Shown here piece after piece: positions 27,034-35,511 of a stretch of 64,000 nt of DNA. The stretch lies in NCBI GenBank assembly GCA_965205945.1, contig CBDBIB010000001.1, forward strand, positions 384,525 through 448,524, given 5' to 3'. Every line of letters begins with the position of its first letter. The first letter of the stretch is position 1. The translations under genes and the position numbers were made by a program. The notes beneath the pieces were generated by a model that saw only the letters and a list, made by a program, of their open reading frames with translations, ran no database searches and was not told where the DNA came from. Source of the stretch: Bdellovibrionales bacterium. Lineage in GTDB: Bacteria > Bdellovibrionota > Bdellovibrionia > Bdellovibrionales > UBA1609.

Positions 27034-28170
27034 TTATAAGCTAACAACTTGCGTTACTTTTTTAGTATAATACTCAACCCATCTGCCCTCTAATATAGCG
27101 CTTCGACATTCAGCCAATAATTCTAGATAAAAATGTAAGTTATGAATAGTTAATAATTGTGCAGAAAGTATTTCTCCACAAATAAAAAGGTGCCTTAAAT
27201 AACTTTTACTGTGATTTTGACATGTATAGCATCCACAATTTACATCAAGCGGCTTAGAATCTTCCTTATTCTTAGATCTTTTAATATTTATCTCTCCATT
27301 ATGGGTAAAAGCTTTACCATTTCTTGCAACTCGAGTGGGCATCACACAGTCAAACATATCTATTCCTGCATTAATTGAGTGTAAAAGATCAATGGGCTTT
27401 CCAACACCCATTAAATACCTTGGCTTATTAATAGGCATCTTAGGTGTAATCTTTAAAAGCACCTCATACATAAGCTGCATAGGCTCTCCAACAGAAAATC
27501 CACCGAGAGCATAACCAGGAAGGTCAAAAAAAGTAACTTGCCTTAAAGCCTTAAGTCTATGAGGAACACTTAAGCCCCCTTGTACAATTCCAAAAAGAAG
27601 GGAGTCTTTTCTTCTCATCTCTTCTTTACAAATTTTAAGCCATCTATGAGTCCGTCCCATAGCACTCTCTAACTCCTCTTTAGTACAAGGGTATGGAGGA
27701 CATTCATCAAAAGCCATAATAATATCAGACCCTAAGTTCATTTGAATCTGCATACTTTCCTTAGGGCCAATAAAACACTTTCTTCCATCAATATGACTTT
27801 TAAATGCAACACCCTTTTCTGAAATTTTTCTTAGCGCAGCTAATGAAAAAACTTGAAAACCACCACTGTCTGTTAAAATAGGTTTATCCCACCCCATAAA
27901 CTTATGAAGTCCACCCATTCTTTTTATAAGATCATCCCCTGGACGTAAATGAAGATGGTAAGTGTTTCCTAAAATAATTTGTGAACCAATATCCTTTAAA
28001 CCTTGATTCGTCATAGCCTTAACCGTGCCACGCGTTCCAACAGGCATAAAAACTGGAGTCTGAATATCACCATGTGCTGTTGTTAGAGTTGCCGCCCTTG
28101 CCTTTGCGCTAGTAGCTTTAAGTTTAAAATGACCAATTTTTTTCTTAACGCTTTTAGTTATTTCTTCCAT
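27034..28170 (-). CDS. tgt: tRNA-guanine(34) transglycosylase
   Basis: 'TPVFMPVGT.GTVK', 'LTDSGGFQVFSL' and the zinc site 'CGCYTC...H'. Confidence 0.96.
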   Translation of the reverse strand: MEEITKSVKKKIGHFKLKATSAKARAATLTTAHGDIQTPVFMPVGTRGTVKAMTNQGLKDIGSQIILGNTYHLHLRPGDDLIKRMGGLHKFMGWDKPILTDSGGFQVFSLAALRKISEKGVAFKSHIDGRKCFIGPKESMQIQMNLGSDIIMAFDECPPYPCTKEELESAMGRTHRWLKICKEEMRRKDSLLFGIVQGGLSVPHRLKALRQVTFFDLPGYALGGFSVGEPMQLMYEVLLKITPKMPINKPRYLMGVGKPIDLLHSINAGIDMFDCVMPTRVARNGKAFTHNGEINIKRSKNKEDSKPLDVNCGCYTCQNHSKSYLRHLFICGEILSAQLLTIHNLHFYLELLAECRSAILEGRWVEYYTKKVTQVVSL

Positions 28171-29150
28171 ATACTTAAATCTCCATAAGAAAAAAGTCTA
28201 AACTCGTTTTCTACAGCAAACTTATACGCAAGTTTTGTGCCTTTAATACCGTAAAAAGCCATTACCAATGCTAAAAGAGAAGACCCTGGCTGATGAAAAT
28301 TTGTAAAAAGCCCTGACACCCATTTAAACTTATAACCTGGAGTTATAAAAAGCTCCGTCTCCCCAGTTTCATCACCATCATTAAACAAACAAGACTCAAC
28401 AGCTCTTAATGCTGTCGTTCCTAAAGCCCAAATTCTTTTTTTATTTTTCTTAGCACGAATAAGAGCTTCCTTTGTTTTCCCAGAAACAAAAAAACTCTCC
28501 TTATGAAGCTTTCCTTTCTTAATATTTTTCTCCTCTAAAGGTAAAAAAGTCCCTAAACCTATATCTAAACTCACCTCTTCAACAATAACTCCTCTTACTT
28601 TAAGAGCAGCTAAGTCTTTTTCTGAAAAGTGTAGACTTGCAGTAGGTGCCGCTAAAGAGTTTTCGTTCTTTTTCCAATCAAGCTGATACCAGTTTATATC
28701 GTCCTTAATCGCATGACGTGACTTTCTTAACTTTTGAATATATGGAGGAATTGCAAGTTCACCATATTGAGCAAAATATCTTAAATCTAAATCTTGATCC
28801 ACTTTAATTAATTGAGACCGATCTTTTTGCAAAAGCTCCCCTACTACCCCCCCTGGTAAATCAAGCTTATCCCCTACTTTAAATTTTGCAGATTTAAATA
28901 AAACCTCCCATTCATATTCAGATCTCTTATTTAAAAATAAAAACTCTAAATCTTTACAAAAAATACGACATGCCTTAACTCCAGAATTGTTAATAATAAT
29001 TAAATCCTCTGATTCAATACAATCAAAAGCAGCACAAAGCTCAATCTCAATTGGGGCAGCATTGTCCATGAATAAGACACGGCAAGGCTCTGTAGGTTTT
29101 AATGCTACAAGTCTTTGTGGATATGTGTATTCTAAATCTTTTATGTCCAT
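28158..29150 (-). CDS. queA: S-adenosylmethionine:tRNA ribosyltransferase-isomerase
   Basis: 'YTYPQRLVA..P', 'GELAIPPYI', 'SLAAPTASLHFS' and 'LFTNFHQPGSSLL'. Confidence 0.93.
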   Translation of the reverse strand: MDIKDLEYTYPQRLVALKPTEPCRVLFMDNAAPIEIELCAAFDCIESEDLIIINNSGVKACRIFCKDLEFLFLNKRSEYEWEVLFKSAKFKVGDKLDLPGGVVGELLQKDRSQLIKVDQDLDLRYFAQYGELAIPPYIQKLRKSRHAIKDDINWYQLDWKKNENSLAAPTASLHFSEKDLAALKVRGVIVEEVSLDIGLGTFLPLEEKNIKKGKLHKESFFVSGKTKEALIRAKKNKKRIWALGTTALRAVESCLFNDGDETGETELFITPGYKFKWVSGLFTNFHQPGSSLLALVMAFYGIKGTKLAYKFAVENEFRLFSYGDLSIWKK

Positions 29151-29476
29151 AAAACTGTCATAAACTTAAGCTGTATTGATAGCAAGAAAAGGAAGGTTTA
29201 TAGCTTTTTTTCTTGGCTCTCTTGCAGTTATTGTTAATTTTCTAATTCCATTATAATAACTTTAAGAAAATTTAGGAAGATAGAAATCTGTTTTTTCCTT
29301 TAATACTAGGAACTTAGCTTTCAGGATGAGAACTAAATAACAGTTGATAGACAGACTAGTTTAAGGCTTGGTGCAGTGAAAAATAAAAATTAAATACGGT
29401 TAATGACTTAAATATTTTTTAACATACAAGCTCTAGCCTGTTTTAATAAAAATATTACCATTATAAGATAAATTAT

Positions 29477-29525
29477 GTGCCATTACCGGAATTAGTAGAT
29501 AAACATAATTAAGGGTATTGCGTGG
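29477..29525 (+). pseudogene. decayed tRNA-Leu-like 5' fragment (copy A)
   Basis: GTGCCATTACCGGAATTAGTAGATAAAC...TTAAGGGTATTGCGTGG aligns with copy B and with the acceptor-5'/D-arm/anticodon region of the intact tRNA. No T-arm or 3' acceptor strand. Confidence 0.5.
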
Positions 29526-29667
29526 ATAAAAAACAAACTTTTCTGGTAGCAAGCTATTTCTTCAAAGTAAAGTCAAAGACTTTAAATTGTTACAAAGTTT
29601 TTTTATAACTTTATTGTAACAAGCGGGCCTACCATTTATGCTAGACCAAACATACTAAACACGTTCT

Positions 29668-29725
29668 GTGCCGGTGGTGGAATTAATAGACACGCCGGCT
29701 TTGAGGGGAGTATGCGGGGTTCCGC
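29668..29725 (+). pseudogene. truncated tRNA-Leu-like 5' fragment (copy B)
   Basis: GTGCCGG-TG-GTGGAATTAATAGACAC-G-CCGGCTTTGAGGGG...GCGGGGTTCCGC has a Leu-type D-arm (GTG/CAC stem) and a variable-arm-like hairpin. It lacks a pairing anticodon-stem 3' strand, T-arm and acceptor 3' strand. Confidence 0.6.
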
Positions 29726-29817
29726 TAAAGAGTAATGAGGTAAAGGGCTTAGAGTAAAAATTGGTATACGGAAATAACTCGATTTTGGTAACCACAGTAC
29801 CAAGGTCGGGCATTAAT

Positions 29818-29904
29818 GCGCTAGTGCTGGAATTGGTAGACAGGCTGGTTTGAGGGATCAGTGCTCGTAAGGGCGTGGAGGTTCAAGTCCTCTCTGGCGC
29901 ACCA
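29818..29904 (+). tRNA. tRNA-Leu (anticodon GAG), class II with long variable arm, CCA encoded
   Basis: Hand-folded. Acceptor GCGCTAG/CTGGCGC (one U-G pair), D-arm CTG..CAG with GGAATTGGTAGAC. Anticodon stem CTGGT/ATCAG with loop TT-GAG-GG. Variable arm TGCTCGTAAGGGCGT, T-arm GGAGG-TTCAAGT-CCTCT, then A-CCA. Confidence 0.9.
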
Positions 29905-29946
29905 CTTTAGTTCGTAAATATTTGTAATAATTAAGTATCGACATAA

Positions 29947-30010
29947 CTGTCCCCAATTTGTCCCCAGTTTTTTTTAAAATAATTGCTTTCCCCATTTAAT
30001 TCTAGCCCCA
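29947..30010. repeat. four spaced (T)GTCCCCA / CCCCA motifs downstream of the tRNA
   Basis: CTGTCCCCAA (29947-56), TTGTCCCCAG (29958-67), TTTCCCCA (29987-94) and TAGCCCCA (30003-10), in an otherwise AT-rich spacer upstream of the gene at 30096. Confidence 0.6.
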
Positions 30011-30095
30011 TCTGTTATATGAACATACCTCTTAATATATGTAGATTTAATTTAAATCATTAAATATAATAGAGGTTAAAAAGGAGAGGGTACGT

Positions 30096-30869
30096 ATGAC
30101 GTGGTTTTTTAAAATTATAATAGTACTAGCAAGTATTTTACATATTAGTGTTACTCAAGGGGCTTTTTTTTCGACAGAGGATTTTGATGTTGCCCTTGGC
30201 GTTCAGGGAAATTCGTTACTATATAAACGCGGTATTATTACTTATGAAGGTTATCAGATAGTACCTATTTACACAGTTCAACTATTTAATCCAAAACTTT
30301 TTATGGCGGGGGGAGCCCTTTATTATAAGCATGAATTAAGTAAAAATCTATTACTACGAACACGCCTTAACTTTGATTCAACTTTAGATAAGCCGTTATA
30401 TAAAACTTTAGAAGATGAATCAGCAAGACCTCGTCGAGAAAGTACAACAGAGCTAGATATTTACCTAGAGTATACGGTTATAAATGATAGCTTTTTTAGG
30501 TTCTTAATAAGCCAGGACGTAATAGCTCACAAAGGTAATTATTTTGAATTACGTGGAAGACTAGCACTTCTAGATTTATATAAAAAAAATTTAGAAAAGC
30601 CTCTTATTCAATTAGGGATTTTTTCATCCATTGGATACGGCAGTAGTCAGCACAATGATTATTTTTATGGAAAGGGTGCTAATAAAGCAGGTTTTAATAA
30701 CCTTGAATATGGTATATCAATAACAAGTCCAAAAGTAATAGAAAAGTTTTGGCCAACATTTAAAATCACACGCTTTCATGTATTAGGAAGCAATAACAAA
30801 GAGGGCTCTCATATTCAAGAAACTAAAGGTTGGAGCATTGAGGCTCTTATGGCTTTTCAAGTTTGGTAA
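30096..30869 (+). CDS. MipA/OmpV-family outer-membrane protein
   Basis: Signal peptide. 'FDVALGVQG...YEGYQIVPIYTVQ' and 'HNDYFYGKGANKAGFNNLEY' parallel E. coli MipA ('FSLGAGVG...VYPVPVINYEG', 'NEYYYGVS'). Strong RBS AAGGAGAGGG upstream. Confidence 0.62.
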   Translation: MTWFFKIIIVLASILHISVTQGAFFSTEDFDVALGVQGNSLLYKRGIITYEGYQIVPIYTVQLFNPKLFMAGGALYYKHELSKNLLLRTRLNFDSTLDKPLYKTLEDESARPRRESTTELDIYLEYTVINDSFFRFLISQDVIAHKGNYFELRGRLALLDLYKKNLEKPLIQLGIFSSIGYGSSQHNDYFYGKGANKAGFNNLEYGISITSPKVIEKFWPTFKITRFHVLGSNNKEGSHIQETKGWSIEALMAFQVW

Positions 30870-31017
30870 TTATAGCTTCAAACATTTTATTAATCAATTA
30901 ATAGACTACAGGTTAAATATATGAAAAAATTTATTATAAAGAAGATCAAATAAAAAAAGATAACAATATAAACTCTGTAGAAAAGAAGAGCCCTTATGAT
31001 TAAAAAGTTTAATTATT

Positions 31018-32622
31018 GTGTTTAGCAGTAAGCCTTGGATTTTATTTTTTTCAACATTAGCAAGCGAAGATTTAGCCTTTATTTATGGACTGTTTAATGT
31101 ACAAGATCAATCTTTACACCCTTTTAACTTTATAATTTTTTACTTACTCGGAGTTTTTATTGGAGACATCATACTGTATGGTCTAGGAAAAAGTGCTCGC
31201 AAATTATCTAAAACAAAATACTTTTGCTTTATTCATAAATATATTTACAAAACTCAAAGGAAAAAAAAATTTGATGTTACAAAATTTACAGGTTTTGACC
31301 AGTTTTTAGCTTTTACACGGTTCATACCAGGTTCTAGAATTCCAACATATATCTACTGTGGGATTTCAAACTATCCATTTTTTAAATTCTGTGCAGTTTT
31401 ACTTGCAAGTAGCCTATTTTACTCAAGCGTAGGTCTGCTTATTTTAAAAATGTTTTATTTAGGAATTGATAATGAAACATTCTGGAAAACAAAATTATTG
31501 ATTGCTTTTTTATCAGCATTTTTAACTATTTTATTTTTAAATATTTCTATTAAAATACTAAAATTAAAACTAACTTACAGCGAAATAATCCGTCCTTTAA
31601 AAGTATATTTATTACGATATTGTAAATTAGAATTTTGGCCATCTTTTATATTGTATGCTCCTTTTGCTCCATACTTTATATATCTATTTTTAAAATATGG
31701 AGGTACTAAAACAATATTATCAACAAACCCCTCAATAAAAATGAGTGGACTTATTGGTGAATTAAAATCTGATATTGATATATTTTTATCAAAATATATT
31801 AAAAATCAGCGCATAAAAACATTTAAACTTGATGAAAAAACTCTGCCTTTTGCTAAAAAAATTATGAGTGAAAATAAGTTGTCATTCCCAGTTATTATCA
31901 AACCAGATAGCGGAATGCGTGGTGCAGGTGTTAAAATTATAAAAACAGAAAATGAGTTGGAAGAAATTTTAAATAAAACTGAGGAAAAACAAGTTCTACA
32001 AGAATTTTGTGATTTTAAAAATGAGTGGGGAATATATTACTACCGTTTTCCAAATGCTCAGAGTGGAAAAATATTCTCAGTAACGGTTAAAGAAAAACCT
32101 TTAATAACTGGAGATGGAAAATTATCTTTATATAAATTAGTTTTATCGGATCAACGCCTCTGTCAGAGATTTGATATTATTTTTAAAGAATGTAACTTAT
32201 CGCCTCATTATATTCCTAAAGTAAATGAAAAAGTTCAACTTGTTAATAAAGGAAATCACTCTAAAGGCTGTATTTTTTTAGATGGCTCAGAGTGGGTGAA
32301 AAACTCTCAACTTAAAAACGTTCAATGGGTCTTAGATCAATTAGAGGGGTTTTATGTTGGTCGGATAGACATTAAATTTCGTGATTTAGAATCTCTATCT
32401 TGCGGAGAATTTAAAATTATAGAAATTAATGGCGCTGGAGCAGAGTCTTCAAATTTTTATGATCCAAAATTTTCCGTAAAAGAGGCTTATAAAATTATTA
32501 AAGAACAATGGACAATTATTTTTCAAGTTGGTCATATGAATCGTAAACTTGGAAAGGAAACAAAAAAATCAATTTGGAATTTATTTTCTGAAATAATTCA
32601 ATATCGAAGAATGAAGACATAA
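31018..32622 (+). CDS. fusion protein: N-terminal DedA/VTT-like multi-TM domain + C-terminal ATP-grasp ligase domain
   Basis: N-terminus 'LASEDLAFIYG...LLGVFIGDIILYGLGK' and 'FTRFIPGSRIPTYIYCGIS' (DedA-like motifs), then further TM helices. C-terminus 'FPVIIKPDSGMRGAGVKII' and 'FKIIEINGAGAES' (ATP-grasp). GTG start. Confidence 0.6.
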   Translation: MFSSKPWILFFSTLASEDLAFIYGLFNVQDQSLHPFNFIIFYLLGVFIGDIILYGLGKSARKLSKTKYFCFIHKYIYKTQRKKKFDVTKFTGFDQFLAFTRFIPGSRIPTYIYCGISNYPFFKFCAVLLASSLFYSSVGLLILKMFYLGIDNETFWKTKLLIAFLSAFLTILFLNISIKILKLKLTYSEIIRPLKVYLLRYCKLEFWPSFILYAPFAPYFIYLFLKYGGTKTILSTNPSIKMSGLIGELKSDIDIFLSKYIKNQRIKTFKLDEKTLPFAKKIMSENKLSFPVIIKPDSGMRGAGVKIIKTENELEEILNKTEEKQVLQEFCDFKNEWGIYYYRFPNAQSGKIFSVTVKEKPLITGDGKLSLYKLVLSDQRLCQRFDIIFKECNLSPHYIPKVNEKVQLVNKGNHSKGCIFLDGSEWVKNSQLKNVQWVLDQLEGFYVGRIDIKFRDLESLSCGEFKIIEINGAGAESSNFYDPKFSVKEAYKIIKEQWTIIFQVGHMNRKLGKETKKSIWNLFSEIIQYRRMKT

Positions 32623-32740
32623 AAAGCATTTTATTTTAAACTTGACCTTGGTTTTTTGTATGATTGTATATATTCTTTAATATATTTTCTTATATACACA
32701 GAAAGTAATGGTGGTAATTAATAAAAAAAGGAGATTTAAA

Positions 32741-33193
32741 ATGAAAACACTAATAGTTATATGTATATCTTTTATGCTAACAACAGCTTTTGCCAAAAAT
32801 ACTAATTATAATATGGATAACGGTTTATTTATAAACGGATATGACCCTGTAGCCTACCTTACAAGCAATAAGGCTATAAAGGGAAAACAAAATATACAAT
32901 ATTTGTACAATGGAGTAAAAATTCAGTTTAGCTCAGAAGAGAATAAGAAAAAATTTATAAAAGACCCTGAAAAAATGCTCCCAGCTTATAAGGGATGGTG
33001 CGCTTACGCTATGTCTGAAAAAGCTAAACTAGTTGAAGTTGACCCTAAGTCCTTTAAAGTTATCAAGGGTAAAACATATCTTTTTTATGATAGCGTCTGG
33101 GCCGATACTTTAAAAAAGTGGAATAAAAAAAATAACGACAATATACAAGTTAAACGAGCTGATATGAATTGGAAAAAGATTTATTTAAAATAA
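32741..33193 (+). CDS. periplasmic YHS-domain protein; start revised to ATG 32741
   Basis: AGGAGA RBS before 32741; signal peptide 'MKTLIVICISFMLTTAFA'. 'DPVAYL...KG...Y.GVKIQFSSEENKKKFIKDPEKMLPAYKGWCAYAM...DP..F.VIKGKTYLF' is the YHS-type pattern. Confidence 0.7.
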   Translation: MKTLIVICISFMLTTAFAKNTNYNMDNGLFINGYDPVAYLTSNKAIKGKQNIQYLYNGVKIQFSSEENKKKFIKDPEKMLPAYKGWCAYAMSEKAKLVEVDPKSFKVIKGKTYLFYDSVWADTLKKWNKKNNDNIQVKRADMNWKKIYLK

Positions 33194-33203
33194 GGCATTT
33201 AAA

Positions 33204-35153
33204 ATGACGCTAACCTGGCATAAAGTTGCTAAAGTTAACGAACTTCTAGAAGGGCGTGTAAAAACAGTAACCATTGGAACTAAAAATATTGTTCTAACAA
33301 AATACAAAGGTATTTATGGCGCCTTAGATAATGCTTGCCCTCATCAGGGTGGACCTTTAGGAGAGGGATCTATTGAAAATGGTTTTTTACGTTGCCCCTG
33401 GCATGGTTGGGATTTTTGTCCTCACTCAGGTAAACCTCCAGGCGGCTACGACGATGGTGTGGCCGTTTACCCTGTAGAAGAAAGAACTGATGGAATTTAT
33501 ATTCAGATAAAATCTATAAAAGACAATAAAACTACAGTAAGTGATAAAATGGTGGAGACCATGATTAATTGGGGCGTAGACACTGTTTTTGGAATGGTTG
33601 GACATTCTAACTTAGGTTTTGCTGAAGCACTTAGAAAACAAGAAGAGCTTGGGAAGCTACGTTTTTTTGGAATTCGTCACGAAGGAGCAGCAGCTTTTGC
33701 CTGCTCTGGTTATGCTAAAACAATAGGAACCCCTGCAGCTTGCTTTACTATTGCAGGACCTGGAGCAACCAATTTATTAACAGGTTTATGGGATGCAAAA
33801 GTTGATAGAGCGCCTGTTTTAGCCCTAACAGGGCAGGTGAATACTCAAGTACTTGGACCGGGAGCTTTTCAAGAAATTGATTTAACATCTGCATTTAATG
33901 CTGTAACTAAATTTAGTCAAACTGTATTAAATGAATCTGATCAAGTCGAGTTAATGAGCTTAGCTCTTAAAAATGCTATTGTTCATAGAGATGTTGCTCA
34001 TTTAATTTTACCTGATGAAGTTCAAATATTACCTGCAACAAAGACAATGAAGGCCTTAAGTTGTGTAGGTCGATTAGCTGATATGAAAATAAGACCACCA
34101 CTTCAAGCTTTAGATACTGCATTACAAAAAATCTCTAAAAGCAAAAGACCTGTGATTATTGTTGGGTATGGTGCTAAAAGATCTATGGTTGATATTATTA
34201 AATATGCTCAAGTATTAAACGCTCCTATTATAACAACCTTTAAAGGTAAGGGACAAATTTCAGACGCTCACCCTTTAGCCTGTGGTGTTCTTGGACGTAG
34301 TGGAACACCCGTTGCTAGCTGGTTTATGAACGAATCTGATTTATTAATTGTTTTTGGATCGTCATTTTCTAATCATACAGGAATTACCCCTAAAAAACCC
34401 ATTATTCAAATTGATTTTGATCCAATTCAAATTGGAAAGTTTCATAAAGTAGATATACCCATCTTAGGAGATGTTGGAGTTGTTGCAAACTTACTGCTTG
34501 AAAAAATAAATATTAAAGCAGCAAATATACGAATAAATATTAAAGATGAAGTAGCAAAACGTTGGTCTATTTGGAAAAAAGAAAAATTATCTCGCACAAA
34601 AGATGATTTTAATAAGGGGATTGGATCTGCAGCAATATTTTCTATACTTAAAGATGTTATCCCCAATGATGCTATTATTCCTGTAGACGTAGGTAACAAT
34701 ACTTATTCATTTGGACGGTATTTTGAGTGTAAAGGTCAAAGCATTTTAATGTCTGGTTACTTAGGGTCCATTGGATTTTCTTTCCCTGCTGCTATGGGCG
34801 CTTGGGCTGCAGTTAAAGGACAAAGAAAAATTGTTTCTATTAGCGGCGATGGTGGCTTTGGGCAATATATGAATGAGTTTACTACTGCTGTTAAATATGA
34901 CATGGATATCACTCATATTTTATTAAACAATTCAGAGCTCGGAAAAATTTCAAAAGAACAACTTTCCGGAGAATGGCCAGTTTGGCAAACCTCTTTACAC
35001 AATCCAAATTTTGCAAAATATGCTCAAAATTGTGGTGGCCTAGGAATTCAAGTTAATAAAATTACAGAACTTAAGAGTGCTCTAAACAAAGCTATTGCTC
35101 ATAAAAAAGGACCCTCTCTTGTTGAAATTATCACAGATGCAAAACTCATATAG
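33204..35153 (+). CDS. fusion protein: N-terminal Rieske [2Fe-2S] domain + ThDP-dependent pyruvate-oxidase/acetolactate-synthase-like enzyme
   Basis: Rieske ligands 'CPHQGGPL...x16...CPWHGW' (nt 33336-33404). ThDP N-domain 'GVDTVFGMVGHSN...GIRHEGAAAFA..GYAK..G...C.TIAGPGATNL..GL.DA..DR.PVLALTGQ'. ThDP-binding 'ISGDGGFGQYMNE......ILLNN'. Confidence 0.85.
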   Translation: MTLTWHKVAKVNELLEGRVKTVTIGTKNIVLTKYKGIYGALDNACPHQGGPLGEGSIENGFLRCPWHGWDFCPHSGKPPGGYDDGVAVYPVEERTDGIYIQIKSIKDNKTTVSDKMVETMINWGVDTVFGMVGHSNLGFAEALRKQEELGKLRFFGIRHEGAAAFACSGYAKTIGTPAACFTIAGPGATNLLTGLWDAKVDRAPVLALTGQVNTQVLGPGAFQEIDLTSAFNAVTKFSQTVLNESDQVELMSLALKNAIVHRDVAHLILPDEVQILPATKTMKALSCVGRLADMKIRPPLQALDTALQKISKSKRPVIIVGYGAKRSMVDIIKYAQVLNAPIITTFKGKGQISDAHPLACGVLGRSGTPVASWFMNESDLLIVFGSSFSNHTGITPKKPIIQIDFDPIQIGKFHKVDIPILGDVGVVANLLLEKINIKAANIRINIKDEVAKRWSIWKKEKLSRTKDDFNKGIGSAAIFSILKDVIPNDAIIPVDVGNNTYSFGRYFECKGQSILMSGYLGSIGFSFPAAMGAWAAVKGQRKIVSISGDGGFGQYMNEFTTAVKYDMDITHILLNNSELGKISKEQLSGEWPVWQTSLHNPNFAKYAQNCGGLGIQVNKITELKSALNKAIAHKKGPSLVEIITDAKLI

Positions 35154-35161
35154 GAGATTCT

Positions 35162-35368
35162 ATGTCAAAAACTATAGCCGAAAATATAATTTTATTAGCT
35201 AATTTATATATTCTAATAGGTTTTATTTATTCAGTATATTTTTTTAAAATACGCATTCTAAAAACTGATTCAGTTTTTACTAAAACATGTTGGAGTGTAA
35301 AAATTTTAATGGTGCCTGCAACAATAATGCTATGGCCACTTATTGCTATTTGTGGAGAAAAAAAATGA
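35162..35368 (+). CDS. small membrane protein (2 predicted TM)
   Basis: 68-aa ORF starting 8 nt after the previous stop; ATGA overlap with the next ORF. Confidence 0.5.
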   Translation: MSKTIAENIILLANLYILIGFIYSVYFFKIRILKTDSVFTKTCWSVKILMVPATIMLWPLIAICGEKK

Positions 35369-35511
35369 TTAAAAAACAACGAAGAGCTCATTTATATATT
35401 TGGCTATTTTTACTTCCAGCATTAATTATTTTATTTTACTTTGTTCAAACTAACCGACAGCTAAATATCAACAAAAACTCTAATAACAAAGGACACCACC
35501 ATGAGCGTTGA
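35365..35511 (+). CDS. small single-TM protein (start ATG 35365)
   Basis: 'MIKKQRRAHLYIWLFLLPALIILFYF...' The ATG overlaps the stop of the previous ORF, and the 3' end overlaps the next ORF by 11 nt. Confidence 0.45.
   Translation: MIKKQRRAHLYIWLFLLPALIILFYFVQTNRQLNINKNSNNKGHHHER

Noticed and set aside
29668-29904. Intron-containing (group I) tRNA-Leu formed by copy B plus the downstream gene
   Set aside because: The intervening sequence is only ~100 nt, the downstream tRNA is complete on its own, and copy B has no matching 3' acceptor strand (CCGGCAC) anywhere nearby.
29151-30095. Replication origin at the coding-strand polarity switch
   Set aside because: Genes diverge here and the spacer is long and AT-rich. 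However, I found only one near-consensus DnaA box (CGTGGATAA, 29521-29529), and neither dnaA nor dnaN is adjacent. Operon layout explains the switch.
29905-30095. Integrase gene remnant next to the tRNA (minus-strand 26-aa ORF 'MGLELNGESNYFKKNWGQIGDSYVDT')
   Set aside because: It is too short, has no recombinase motif, and the TGGGG repeats alone generate the apparent ORF. It is reported only as a motif array.
34442-34699. 85-aa minus-strand ORF
   Set aside because: It is antisense to the Rieske-ThDP gene.
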